From the NCBI GenBank assembly GCA_027923505.1, contig BROI01000001.1:496001-560000 (forward strand): a stretch of DNA of 64,000 nucleotides, in the 5' to 3' direction. Origin of the DNA: Mayamaea pseudoterrestris. Lineage: Eukaryota. The notes under the pieces were generated by a model that had not been told where the DNA came from, searched no databases, and saw only the letters and a program-made list of their open reading frames with translations. The first letter of the stretch is position 1; every line of letters starts with the position of its first letter. A program made the translations under genes and the position numbers. This document shows, piece after piece, positions 11,111 through 22,169 of this stretch.

Positions 11111-11640
11111 ATTGAACTCAAGAGAAGTAAATCAATGCTATCGTAATGTACTTGCACGGCTACGGGATGTTGCTTGATGAAAGGAACGCGACAGTGACGA
11201 TGGCTCCTGTCCATGTACACTGGTAGTGGCTTACATATTCTTCGACTGGTGCTTGGTGTCAACCACTGGAATCACCTTCACGTAGCGCGAGCGTGCATAA
11301 AGTGATTACAAACAAGGCGCTTTATACATTATTGTTTGACGGCAGCGGCCCTTTTTGGCAATGCGCGTGCCTCGTTTTGGCCTCGTCATTGTTATGCGCG
11401 TCGGTCCGGTAGTGAAAACGACTCCGATCTGGCATTGAAAAGTGAAACAGAGACGTGCGTTATTTTGCTACTGCGGCGCAAAGCCATGCGAAGCGACAGC
11501 CATTCACCATGGACTGTGTCGAGAGAGCGGCGTCATTGTGATTGGTACGAAGTGATAATATATTATAAAGGTAAATACAGCTAGCGATTTAAAGGATATC
11601 AATTGCGCGACAATGCGCTGGAAGACGAGAAGCGTGATTT

Positions 11641-11664
11641 GCGAGTGCGAGTGCGAGTGCGAGT
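11641..11664. repeat. (GCGAGT)4 microsatellite
   Basis: Four perfect copies in the intergenic region upstream of Nup98. Confidence 0.9.
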
Positions 11665-12098
11665 GCTGCTTGATTGTTGCGTGAAAGGATTTGCTTCACG
11701 GGTGCCGGGCGACGCGTGATGCGTGATGCTGGAGACTCGAGGCAGGCAGCGTCGTGAGAGGTCAAGGAGACGCTTTTGATGATTTGAACACTGGGCTGCG
11801 TGGAGCAGCATGAATGGAAATAAACTTTAGGTTGAACGGCCGCAATGTTCCGACGCGAATTGAGAGCCATTTCGTGCTTGTACAATTTAAATTCTTCATG
11901 AGCGCCTTTCGTATCTTCTTTTGTAAATAAAGAGACTTTCGCCTAGAAAGAGAGAGCTTTTGTTTGCGCTATGTTAATGCGCCCTTGCTTTCGTCGTACG
12001 ACAAAATCTCACGCGTCACGCGCGATCTTTGCTTGTTTCACGCAGAGAGTGCACGCAGCAGAACAAGCTTGACGGTTTACGCAACAAGTCCGCTTCCC

Positions 12099-15000
12099 AT
12101 GTTTGGAAATACAAACAATACCCCGTTTGGGAGTTCGGGCGGCGGCTTTGGAGCGCCTGCAAATACTGGAGGAGCATTCGGTGCTGGAGCTCCGAGTCTG
12201 TTTGGACAACCGCAACAACAGCAGCAGCAGCAGCAACCAGCATTTGGAGGTACAGCCTTTGGACAGCCGCAGCAAAACGCTGGCGGTTTTGGCGCGCCGC
12301 AGCAGCAACCAATGATTGGCGGAGGCTTTGGCGCAAGTACGAATACTGGTTTTGGAGGCGGATTTGGACAGCAGCAGCAACAGCAACCACAATCAAGCCC
12401 ATTTGGAAACTCCTTTGGTTCTCCATCGCCCGCGCCAGCTCAAACTTCATTGTTTGGAGGAGGCTCCACGACAAATATGGGTTTTGGAGCAACTACAAGT
12501 GCCGGGACAAGTGGAGGATTTGGAGCAACTACAAATACCGGGACAAGTGGAGGATTCGGAGCAACGTTCGGTGCGCCGGCGTCCGGAGGTGGCATTTTTG
12601 GCTCTGCACCCGCTCCAAGCGGCGGCGGCCTGTTTGGATCGGCGCCTGCTGCAAGCGGTGGCTTGTTTGGAGCTGCACCTGCATCAAGCGGAGGATTGTT
12701 TGGGGCAGCGCCAAGCACTGGTAGTACGTTTGGACAGCCGACCCAGCAGCAGCAGCCGCCAAATACTGGATTTGGATCGTCAACCTTTGGTGCCACAACA
12801 CAACCAGCAAGTACTTTTGGAACCAGCGGTGGCTTCGGAACCTCCCTTTCGAGTCCGCAGGCAAACACGTTTGGTGCTCCTGCACCACAAGGGGGAGGCT
12901 TATTCGGTGCCGCGCAGGCGCCGATTGGAGGGACGAGTTTCTTTTCAGCGCCAAGTGCGACGGCCGCCGCGCCCGCCATGGGTCAACAAGTTCCAGGAAC
13001 TCGGTCGACGCAGTTCCGACCTTTCAAGAAACAGGATGGAAACAGTAGCATCGACTTTCAAAGCATCACCGCCATGCCGCAGTATGAAAACTACTCATTT
13101 GAAGAACTGCGCTTGCAAGATGTTCATCCTGGCCTCCAAGGACCTGTGCAGGTTGCAGCCACGACTCCAACGGCAAGCAATACGCAAGGCACGGCATTTG
13201 GGTTTGGCAGTACTCCGGCGCCTGCAATTGGCTTTGGAGCAGCGCCGCAGCAGCAGCAGCAACAAGGAGGTGGACTCTTTAATGCGACAGCTCCAACCCC
13301 GTCGACTGGTGGATTCTTTGGAGCGCAGCCAGCTCCGAGTACGACATCGTTTGGCTTCGGAACAGCGCCGCAACCTGCATCTTTTGCAACTAATGCGGCA
13401 GCACCTTCGGGTGGCTTATTTGGACAGCAACAGGGTCAAGCTACCTTTGGTGCTACTCCGTCTTCGGCGCCTGCAGGGTTTGGGCAGCCGACTGGGCAAG
13501 CTGCGAATGCATTTTCGTTAGGAGGACAGCCGACTACACAGCCGATAGGAACGGGAGGATTCGGTACTAATACAAACACTGCAGGTTTGTTTGGAAGCAA
13601 TGCACCTTTGTTTGGAACGAACACTACTGCCACAGCGCCACCTACGTTTGGTGCACCTGCTAGCCCTTTTGGCGCTGGGGGTACTTTTTCATCTCAGCCT
13701 ACAGCGCAAGGGATGAGTTCGTTTAGTCAGGGGCCACAGCAGCACTCTGGTTTTGGATCAGGGCAGGTTGCGTCCTCTCCTATGGTATATTTTAACCAAG
13801 GTCAGGCCGGACCCGGTCAGCAACAAGGTCAATATCCGCAGCAACAGCCTATGGGCGCCCAGCCTCCATCAATGCCGGCCATTTCAATTAATACGAATGT
13901 CGTCCCACAAGTCGCAAATGAAGTTTTGGAACAGCAGTTGCGAGCTTTGGAGAGTAAGCAAAAAGAGCTTGAGAAGTCTGCTGTTTGGCACGGCAAGGAG
14001 CATAAGTCATCACCGACGACGGGAGTAAACCTATCTGATGATGGTAATCTTGGAATGATGTTTTCACCGACTCGTTACACCCTTTCGCCGTATGCGAGCT
14101 TGACGCCGGCTTCGGGTGCAAAGATTCGTCCTCGAGGTTTCCCCAAGTCGGATTCAATGAAAAAGCGGAGCACGAATGGTTTCGGTAGTATTTTTGGCTA
14201 CGACAATGGAAGCCTTAATACGCCCGAATCACACTTTCGTTCTTCGGCGACATCATTGGTCATTCGCAGTGACAATCTTAAACCTCGACCTTCGCGCCTC
14301 TCATACGAGACGAGATCCAAAGCAAAGCGCGCGAGCGAAGATGACATTGATATTGTTCCTGTCGAGGAACCTGCGACGCCTACCACGTCGAATGTTCGCA
14401 GCCCACCAGCCAGAAGCACTCCAGCAACCACGAATACAACAGCGACACCTGGCGACGCAAAGACGAATCATCGCGAGACTACTGCAGCCTTGGAAAGCCC
14501 AGTATTGTATGACTACTATCAACAAATTATTAACGCGGACAATCCTGGTGAGGTGTCAGCTGCTGCAAAGACAAAGACGAATGCAACGAGACGCATTTCA
14601 TTGGTGGTTCCACGTCTGACCAAACCTGGATACACCATGTCTCCTTCGGAAGAGGAACTAGCGACCAAATCTGACGCAGATCTCGCGACCGTTGCACACT
14701 TTTCGGTTCAGCGCGAAGGTGTTGGTAAGGTGGAATGGATCGGTGAAGTTGATGTTCGAGGAGCGAATTTAGACGATATAGTGGAAATCAATCATGGCGA
14801 CATTTCAGTTTACGCGAAGGCTGAAGCAGAGAATAACAAACCAGAAATGGGCAGCAAACTAAATCGTCCCGCTTTGCTTACCTTTTCGGGTATGTTTCCT
14901 CCGGTATCAAAGGTCAGTCGCAAGTCACAAGATGCAAGAGAGGCTAGTTTTGAGAAGAAACTTAAGAAGTCAGCCGATGCGGCTGGTGCACAGTTTATCT

Positions 15001-17225
15001 CATACGACGGAACTCTTGGAGAATGGAAAATCAAAGTGCAGCACTTTTCTCGTTACTCTATTTGCGACGATTCTGATTCGGAAGGAGAGCTTGCTGATGA
15101 ATGCCCTTTACCTGTCGAGACTCCGCGCCAACCTGGTAAAACGCGGTCGCTTTTGAATCCCAAGGTTACTCCTGGAATGAGTAGCCGTAACGTTGTCCCA
15201 TCAGATTCGGTGGTCTATTCCGAAGAGGAATATGAAAATGCTGCGACAGGAGACTCTGAATTTGTCGCAATGGATATTGAAACTGCTGCTAAAGAGGCAT
15301 ACGCGAAGGTTTACGCCATGGTATCTAATGCTCCCGGTCCGTCGGCTGTGGCGAAACAAGTTTCATTTGAAGACGATGGTGTAATGGACGATGATAATCA
15401 TGCTATCGATCGGCCTGCTGTCGTTGCTCCAACTAGTCGAGAGTTACTCGAGGCGGAAGCATCTTTGTCGACGTATGCAATGCTTGCGCGTCAAGTGTCG
15501 CCGGCTGCTCCGTTTCGTAAACCAATGGGAACATCGATGCGCGTCGCATGGCATTGTGATGGATCATTTTTAAAACCCTTTCGCAGCTTCGCCGGTAGTG
15601 GTACAGTCGTTTTGGTAAAATCAAGTCCCGTCCTCAATGCTGACAATGCTTTCACGAACGCGACGAAGGCACTATCAGTCCATAGAGACTCATCGAAGCG
15701 GACGACAAAGGCACATGGTGTATCCTTCTTTTCCTTGCCTCAAACTAATGATGGGCCGGGTCTCTCGGTGGAGCTGATTGACGCTCTCGCGGAATTGGCG
15801 ACGAATAACGACGTCAGCTCATCTTTCGGCTTATTAGCGGATTTGCTTCGCGTCAACACAACAAGCTCGTATAGTGATGATGAAGCGCATCTACCAGACG
15901 AGGCGCGACGAGTGTTTGCCCTATCACAAGCGCTTGCTCGTCTCTGTAAAGAAGACACGGGCGCGAATAGTAGCATCAACACTACTTTCAGTGCCCTTAT
16001 TTCTGGAGACATCCAAGGAGCAACAAGGTTTGCTGCGGATCAAGGAAACTGGGATTTGGTAGACTGCATCACGTCTCATGCCGTCGCAGACTATGTTTCG
16101 CCACAAGTTGGTGCTTTAGCAGATGGCGGATTATTTCCTATGGTTGATGTCGAGTCTCTTTGCATTCTTCAGCTTTCCGCATCGTCGCAAACGGAATCGG
16201 GCGCAAGCAAACTCGATTGGCGTCAACGTTTGCTGCGGCTGGCTTCACATCACCCTGACTGTTCGTTAGCTGAATTGGTGAGCAAGTTCGAGAGCGACAA
16301 CGCAACTGGAACCGCGCTTGCGCAACCCGATACGGCGTCATCGCCAGGAAGTATTCTATATCAGATTTTCCGAATCATCGCGGATCCTTCACATGCGCCA
16401 GTGAGCGCAGTTCTTCATCCAACGAGCTGGACGAAATGCGAATTTGATTTTTCAGTGGCTTTTCATATGTCAGCTGTCATGACCGCTCTGTGCATGGGCG
16501 CTCCATTGGATCCATTACAGCGCGAATATATTGCGGACAGCTTCAAGTGTCAACTCTTATCGCTTGGGCACTGGCCTTGGGCGGTACTTGTTGAACTTCT
16601 TATCGTTGGAGATGTCACCCCCGAAGTGAAGAAGATGAGAGCCGACCGTGCCAAGGACCTCATTCTCCGCAATTACTGCTCGGCGGAAGACGAAGTGCGT
16701 TTGAAAGAAGCTTTGACCATTTCCGAAGAGTGGAAGGATGCAGCAATGGCCGGTCGAGCTGCTTACGAAGGGAAGCTCTCAGAGCTGATTTCGAGCTTAA
16801 TGGGCTATGATGCTCAACGCGCGCTTTTCCTCTTCGAATCGGAATTCCTCCCAGATGTGTACAACGCCGATGGTATCAGCCGCAGTGATATGTCAAAGAT
16901 TAAACACATTGCTGATGGTTTGGGGCCAAACTCACTCGCGAAGGCTCTGTATCTGCTCGAGGCTGTTCGGAATGAAGCTTTGACACTTACGTCGGGCAGT
17001 GACTTGTCACATTTTTCGGCTCCCCTAGCTCAGATTCGTAAGATTCTGACGTCGTACTCATTCAGCGACGACAAAGACCATTCTACGTACGCCTTTTTAA
17101 TCGAATCAAAGGCTGCTGCCAGCCGATGCTCTCGTTCGTCGATGATTAAGCAGGCACTGCACCAGCTTGACTTTACCGAGAAACATTTGAAAGCCATCAA
17201 GATGTTCGGAGACATTGACGATTGA
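12099..17225 (+). CDS. NUP98: nuclear pore complex protein Nup98-Nup96 precursor
   Basis: ATG at 12099 (MFGNT), FG/GLFG repeats, GLEBS motif FQSITAMPQYENYSFEELRLQD, autoprotease domain (KPEMGSKLNRPA...WKIKVQHFSRY, HF/S cleavage site) and a Nup96-like C-terminus (LGHWPWAVLV). Confidence 0.95.
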   Translation: MFGNTNNTPFGSSGGGFGAPANTGGAFGAGAPSLFGQPQQQQQQQQPAFGGTAFGQPQQNAGGFGAPQQQPMIGGGFGASTNTGFGGGFGQQQQQQPQSSPFGNSFGSPSPAPAQTSLFGGGSTTNMGFGATTSAGTSGGFGATTNTGTSGGFGATFGAPASGGGIFGSAPAPSGGGLFGSAPAASGGLFGAAPASSGGLFGAAPSTGSTFGQPTQQQQPPNTGFGSSTFGATTQPASTFGTSGGFGTSLSSPQANTFGAPAPQGGGLFGAAQAPIGGTSFFSAPSATAAAPAMGQQVPGTRSTQFRPFKKQDGNSSIDFQSITAMPQYENYSFEELRLQDVHPGLQGPVQVAATTPTASNTQGTAFGFGSTPAPAIGFGAAPQQQQQQGGGLFNATAPTPSTGGFFGAQPAPSTTSFGFGTAPQPASFATNAAAPSGGLFGQQQGQATFGATPSSAPAGFGQPTGQAANAFSLGGQPTTQPIGTGGFGTNTNTAGLFGSNAPLFGTNTTATAPPTFGAPASPFGAGGTFSSQPTAQGMSSFSQGPQQHSGFGSGQVASSPMVYFNQGQAGPGQQQGQYPQQQPMGAQPPSMPAISINTNVVPQVANEVLEQQLRALESKQKELEKSAVWHGKEHKSSPTTGVNLSDDGNLGMMFSPTRYTLSPYASLTPASGAKIRPRGFPKSDSMKKRSTNGFGSIFGYDNGSLNTPESHFRSSATSLVIRSDNLKPRPSRLSYETRSKAKRASEDDIDIVPVEEPATPTTSNVRSPPARSTPATTNTTATPGDAKTNHRETTAALESPVLYDYYQQIINADNPGEVSAAAKTKTNATRRISLVVPRLTKPGYTMSPSEEELATKSDADLATVAHFSVQREGVGKVEWIGEVDVRGANLDDIVEINHGDISVYAKAEAENNKPEMGSKLNRPALLTFSGMFPPVSKVSRKSQDAREASFEKKLKKSADAAGAQFISYDGTLGEWKIKVQHFSRYSICDDSDSEGELADECPLPVETPRQPGKTRSLLNPKVTPGMSSRNVVPSDSVVYSEEEYENAATGDSEFVAMDIETAAKEAYAKVYAMVSNAPGPSAVAKQVSFEDDGVMDDDNHAIDRPAVVAPTSRELLEAEASLSTYAMLARQVSPAAPFRKPMGTSMRVAWHCDGSFLKPFRSFAGSGTVVLVKSSPVLNADNAFTNATKALSVHRDSSKRTTKAHGVSFFSLPQTNDGPGLSVELIDALAELATNNDVSSSFGLLADLLRVNTTSSYSDDEAHLPDEARRVFALSQALARLCKEDTGANSSINTTFSALISGDIQGATRFAADQGNWDLVDCITSHAVADYVSPQVGALADGGLFPMVDVESLCILQLSASSQTESGASKLDWRQRLLRLASHHPDCSLAELVSKFESDNATGTALAQPDTASSPGSILYQIFRIIADPSHAPVSAVLHPTSWTKCEFDFSVAFHMSAVMTALCMGAPLDPLQREYIADSFKCQLLSLGHWPWAVLVELLIVGDVTPEVKKMRADRAKDLILRNYCSAEDEVRLKEALTISEEWKDAAMAGRAAYEGKLSELISSLMGYDAQRALFLFESEFLPDVYNADGISRSDMSKIKHIADGLGPNSLAKALYLLEAVRNEALTLTSGSDLSHFSAPLAQIRKILTSYSFSDDKDHSTYAFLIESKAAASRCSRSSMIKQALHQLDFTEKHLKAIKMFGDIDD

Positions 17226-17533
17226 AAATCTTAGCGTTGCTTTCATTGGACCTCTTCATCATTGTAGTAGCCATGATTAAGAATGTCGTATTGCCGGTAG
17301 TACACATTTTTATGTAAAAGATAAGCAATACAGTTGATTGACAATCAAGCAAGATTTGAGTAGCAATTGCGGGTCACTGATGTGTCTCCTATATCATTGA
17401 CGCCGTAATTAGGATGCAAGCTAAATGCGTATCTAAAGTAGGGTGGGTGCAACAGTACTAGAAGATTCTTATTCTTAAAAGACACATATTCCGATTCTCA
17501 ACCGATACCAGACAGGATCCGTCAGCTCCCATA

Positions 17534-19414
17534 CTACGCATCCTTGTCTCCAATCACTGACTTCAAGGCGCTAGCCGCAACACTGCCACATAAAACTAGA
17601 GGAAGCGGTGGAGCAGGAGTTCCGGGATGCGAAACACTTTTGCCAGGCTGACTCCGCATGAGGCAAGTCATGTGTGCGCGCTTGTTGCAATCAGTCTTGC
17701 CGCACTGGCAGCGCTTCGTCATACCATACGAAGGCTCCAAACAGATGCAGCACGTAGAAGATGGACCAGCAACACCCACCGATTTTCCAGATGCAGACAT
17801 CCCTCCACCAAGGGGTGGAATAGTAAATGGCAGGCCTGTTGACAATCGGCGCTGTGGATCATTCGCTTGCGCCAAGGGTGGCGAAACAGCGGTATCCTTC
17901 AACTGCAACTCAAGACGTACGACCTGGCTTTTGAGCTGACTATTCATCTTGTCAACCGATGCCTTGTCCAAGCGAAGACGCTCAAAGTCTTCGTCCGACG
18001 CTTCAGACTGGATCCGTAAAGTCTGTGTTTCCTTCTCCGCCTTAGTCAATGCTTCATTCAGGCGCGCAGTCTCCTTGCGCGACGCGTCTTGCTGCAAAAT
18101 GAGCTTGGAGTGCAAATCCTCGTTGGCCTTTTGCAACTCCATAATGGTGTCCTGCATAGTGGCTTGCGTCTTGGCCGAATCTTCCTGTCCTGACGTGACT
18201 TCCTTCAAAAGCGTTTGAACATGACGCAACTGCTCTTCAACCTTTTGGGCACGGTCCTTACGCGCCGATTCAATGGCGTCTCGCTCAGCAACAGTCTTGC
18301 GAAGCTCCTCCAAATCCTGACTCGTGAGTACAAGCCGGCGTTGCAAGTCGCTCTTTTCATACGTCCATTTGGCTTGGCGCAAGTCAAAGGTTGCCTTTTC
18401 ATTGCGAAGGGTGCGCAAAGCGCTCTGCGTCCGCGCCAAATCGGCCTCCTTCTGCAAATACTTTGCCTCGACCGATTTTGTTGCTTCGGCAAGTTCCTGC
18501 TGTTCCTGTTGCAAAAGATGGGTTGCCTTTTTGGTTTCATCAACGACAGTTTGAAAGGACTGCAAGGCTTGCGCCAAGCTTGCCGCCGTTGCTTCCGCCG
18601 CCTCGGCATCCGCTCGCGCCTTGGCGGCACTATCCGATGAAATGCGAGCCGCCAATTGTGAGCGATCCAATCGACTCTGCGTGGTTGCCACCTCATCGCG
18701 CAAGGACGTGTTTGTCGCCTGCAAGGCAATCGATTCGGCGTTGGCTTCCTTGAGAAGCTGTGTATGATGCAGAGGAAATGAAAAAGGTCGAATTGATAAC
18801 AATGTGAGATGCATTGCGACGTTGACAGCGCAAACAAAATGACGAGTAAAACACGTAGACTGAAGCAACGACGCAGCAACCTAGCGTTCGACATTTACAC
18901 TTACACGCTGCAAACGCAAAACCTCGGTACACTTTTCCTGCAGCAGCTTCGGCATGGAACTTTCCATGCGAGGCTTGCTTGTCGGAGGCTGCTCGTCGTC
19001 ATTGTCTTGTTCATTGGTTCGCTTGTTGCTCTTTTGCACTTGATCAAGATGCTGATTGCGAACCATGAGCATGGTCTCTCCAAGCAGCGACTTGAGGCGA
19101 CTTCCCTGCCGCACAAATGCGTCCCACGACGGAGGATTGGAGGTGCGGCGAGGGTCACCAAGAGGGAATGTAATGGCATTGCTGTCCTCACTTGCCGTCA
19201 TTGTGCTTGCCGCAGTAGTGAATTCGGATCCAATCTCCGTTTCATCCGTATCAGATCGAGGACGCTGAGTCTTGGAAGGGAGATCCTTGAGAACTGATGC
19301 AGTGAGATACATGGTATCATTTTCCTTGTCCGTGCGGTTACTCGTTGGATTCATAGTATGATTGTTGTTGCTGCTGCGCGAGGCGGTTTCGTGCTCGTTA
19401 GTTGCGGTCGTCAT
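17534..19414 (-). CDS. coiled-coil protein with C-terminal Cys/His zinc-finger-like motif (2 exons)
   Basis: Exons 19414-18905 and 18757-17534 are joined by a phase-0 intron at 18758-18904 (GTAAGT...ACAG). Heptad repeats are followed by CCIC...CQCGKTDCNKRAHMTC. Confidence 0.7.
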
Positions 19415-19728
19415 GGTTCTTCTTACTGCTCTTGCTTGATGTAATGAGTATTGATTACAGATGTATCTCAATGATTGATTCAGCTAGTCTCAAAGTATCT
19501 TGGTGCTGCGAACGTCGAATGAGGCTTGTCAGTGCAAGAGGAGGTGAATATGTGAATCGCCATGGTCGAATCCGTAACCGTGGACGAAAACGTGTTCTGA
19601 CGATGTTAGTGTCGTAGCGGCACGCAAGTTCTGCTCGTTGTTTCCCTCCTCCATTTCATCGCACATGGCGCAACGATTACAAAACACTAGACGCATGAAT
19701 CAAGCAATGTAACGCAAAGTAATCTACG

Positions 19729-20636
19729 TTAAAGCACGCTCATGGATATGATTTCAAAGGACTGAACCTCATCCTCCATGCCAAGGATCTTCTCCTCGAC
19801 CTCATCAGCAGAGTTGTTGGCTCCCATAACAAAGGTGGTGCAGATCTTCTTGATACCATAGGCAACATCCGCTAACGTGCAGTTCTCTCCCCACTTCAAG
19901 CCATCCTGCGTCACTTCCGTGGTAATCTTTTTCCAGAGCGCCATCAAGTCTTGCTCCACATCCCACGGCTTGATTTCCACGGATACGAGCGTGCGCTGTT
20001 TCTTCTCCTTGGAAGCAGCGCGAGCCTCGGCTTCACTCTTGAGGCGGGCGAGCATGTCGGCGCGAGACTCCTTGGGCTCGTCATCGGCATCATCGTCGTC
20101 GCCAAAGACATCAAAGTCATCGTCATCCGCGGCGGAGGCATCGGCTCCCTTCTTGGCAGCTGGAGCAGGCGCTGACGCCGCAGCAGCAACCGGCGGACTC
20201 ATGGACAATCCACGAATGCCCTGCAGAGCGGCAATGTGAATGAACCAACGGTAGGCGTGCGGGTACTTTTGCGCATCCGGAATGGCGTCAAACTTTTGGT
20301 ACCACTCCACGTCGAGGGGCGAAAAGCTCCAGCCCTCCACGTATGATTTGGCCCCCATGAAGCCGTTGAAGGCAGCCTTGCCCTTGTCATCGGAAACGTC
20401 AAACTAAACGAAAGCGTTAGAGATTGTGAGTGAGAAAGTGATACAGCAGGAACAACTGGTGGCTGGTGGGATACTGTGAATCTTTAGTTGCAAAATGCAG
20501 CATCTGATGGACGAATCTGTCGCAAAAATGACGCGCTCCACTCCATATTAACATGTTTATACATGTATACAACCATTGCGGCATCATGACATGTAAAGTG
20601 TAAAGCAAGCTCAAATCCTACCTTTGGTCCTGCCAT
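19729..20636 (-). CDS. EEF1B: translation elongation factor 1-beta (2 exons)
   Basis: Exon 1 20636-20622 (MAGPK), intron 20404-20621, exon 2 FDVSDDKGKAAFNGFMGAKSYVEGW...YPHAYRWF...DDDDFDVFGDD...EIKPWDVEQDL...WGE...VAYGIKK...VQS. Confidence 0.95.
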
Positions 20637-20817
20637 GGTGAATGGTGATGCTCGTTGTGAGAGTTGCTCGATTCTTTCGTTTGAAAAATGAACGGTGGAT
20701 GGGATGATTCAAAACCGCAGCGACATTCGACGCACCACGACCCATCCTCGACTCGACTCACATTTTCACCATGAACCGTTCATCATTCATAGCCCTCACT
20801 CATCCACTGACCATTTA

Positions 20818-21870
20818 ATGCTAAATCGCCGCAACAAGTCTCCTCTATCTCATCCAGATGATGTAGAGAGTCTACTGGAGGAAAAGAAGCTGCTAAATTT
20901 GTCCCCCAATAATAGCAAGAGGACGCGACGATTTGATCAATGTCGCCCCGTCATTCTACTTGCAATTGGAGCAGCAATCGTCTTGTTACTTCTCTTTCTA
21001 TTTCTTCCGTATCCGTCTCCTCCATATACTAAACCTAAAAGCAAATACCCAGCTGATACTCGAATATCGGTCGTCGTTATGAATCACAGTCGGCCTCGCA
21101 TGATTCGCGAAAGCCTGCTTATGAAAACCTTGACAGAGCACGACGCCGTGACGGAGATTCTCCTCTGTCACTCCAATCCACTCACTAAATTCACCTTTGA
21201 CCACGTCAAGGTCAAAAACATTGACGCCGTCCAAGCGAACGAGGAGCATGGCTTGAGTCTTCGCTTTTGGTACTGCCGACAGGCGCAGCATCAATTCGTT
21301 TTGCACATTGACGATGACATGGAGCTTTCTCCACACGCACTGGACGACTTGCTCAGCGAGTTTACGCTCAACACGCACCGCATCGTTGGCAAGTACGGTC
21401 GCTCCTACAGCTACTGGCGCAATTTGCCGCGCTCCGGCTACGACGCGGCCACGTTGGGTGGACCCGTGGAGGTGGTGCTCACCAAGATTTTGTTGCTGGA
21501 GCGATCCATGTGCGACGCCTTTTTCCGTCATGCGCACCTCGTCGAACAGGACGTTATGAAAGAGTCGCGTCCACTCTGGAACGGCGAAGACATTTTTGTC
21601 AATCTGGTGGCCAATCACGAGTACAATGTTCCAATTAACGGTCCCTACAATAACTTTGCGATCAAGGACTTGGATGTGTGGGAGGCATCCGATTCCTTCA
21701 AGGATGATGACACTGGCGAGCACGATGTTTCGGGAAACATGGACCGGCATCGTCCATGGAACGTTGGATGGGCGCCGTGGCTCAAGGCCTATCGCAGGAG
21801 TCAAGCGCATGCTGCCTTTCGCGGCAGACTTTGGTACATTGCCAAGCAGCGACTGGCGCAGCAGAAGTGA
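20818..21870 (+). CDS. glycosyltransferase family 64 (EXTL-like), type II membrane protein
   Basis: Short cytosolic tail and one TM segment, then LSLRF, VLHIDDD (DxD), VVLTK and WNGEDIFVN motifs typical of GT64. Confidence 0.8.
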   Translation: MLNRRNKSPLSHPDDVESLLEEKKLLNLSPNNSKRTRRFDQCRPVILLAIGAAIVLLLLFLFLPYPSPPYTKPKSKYPADTRISVVVMNHSRPRMIRESLLMKTLTEHDAVTEILLCHSNPLTKFTFDHVKVKNIDAVQANEEHGLSLRFWYCRQAQHQFVLHIDDDMELSPHALDDLLSEFTLNTHRIVGKYGRSYSYWRNLPRSGYDAATLGGPVEVVLTKILLLERSMCDAFFRHAHLVEQDVMKESRPLWNGEDIFVNLVANHEYNVPINGPYNNFAIKDLDVWEASDSFKDDDTGEHDVSGNMDRHRPWNVGWAPWLKAYRRSQAHAAFRGRLWYIAKQRLAQQK

Positions 21871-22169
21871 TGATGATTATATTGTCGCTTCACATGGAGA
21901 TGCTGCTTTGAGGCGTAAACGCCGCTTTCTGGCGTCCGGCTGAGCGAGCATGACTCGCTTCAATCATCGTTGTTGTTACCGGTACGTGCAAGCGATGTAC
22001 CGGGTCTACCGGTAGCGCGCAAGTTAGCAACTAAAAAAACCGTCTGGTCCATTGCTGGTCGCATTCCGTGCTCGAGTGGTGTATCTCACTTGCCGAGGCC
22101 AACACAAACACATAGATTGCTCGCAGGCTATGCATAAGCTGAATTATATAAGATAATATACAGTGCAAT

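Noticed and set aside
12316..13521. 401-aa alternative-frame ORF inside Nup98
   Set aside because: By-product of low-complexity FG-repeat codons.
20404..20621. snoRNA in the long EF1-beta intron (EF1B introns host snoRNAs in yeast and human)
   Set aside because: No CUGA D-box on the sense strand and no convincing H/ACA double hairpin. An Rfam scan would settle it.
20998..21810. 270-aa antisense ORF over GT64 (similarly over Ran and PDX1)
   Set aside because: Shadow ORFs of codon-biased genes with no recognisable motifs.
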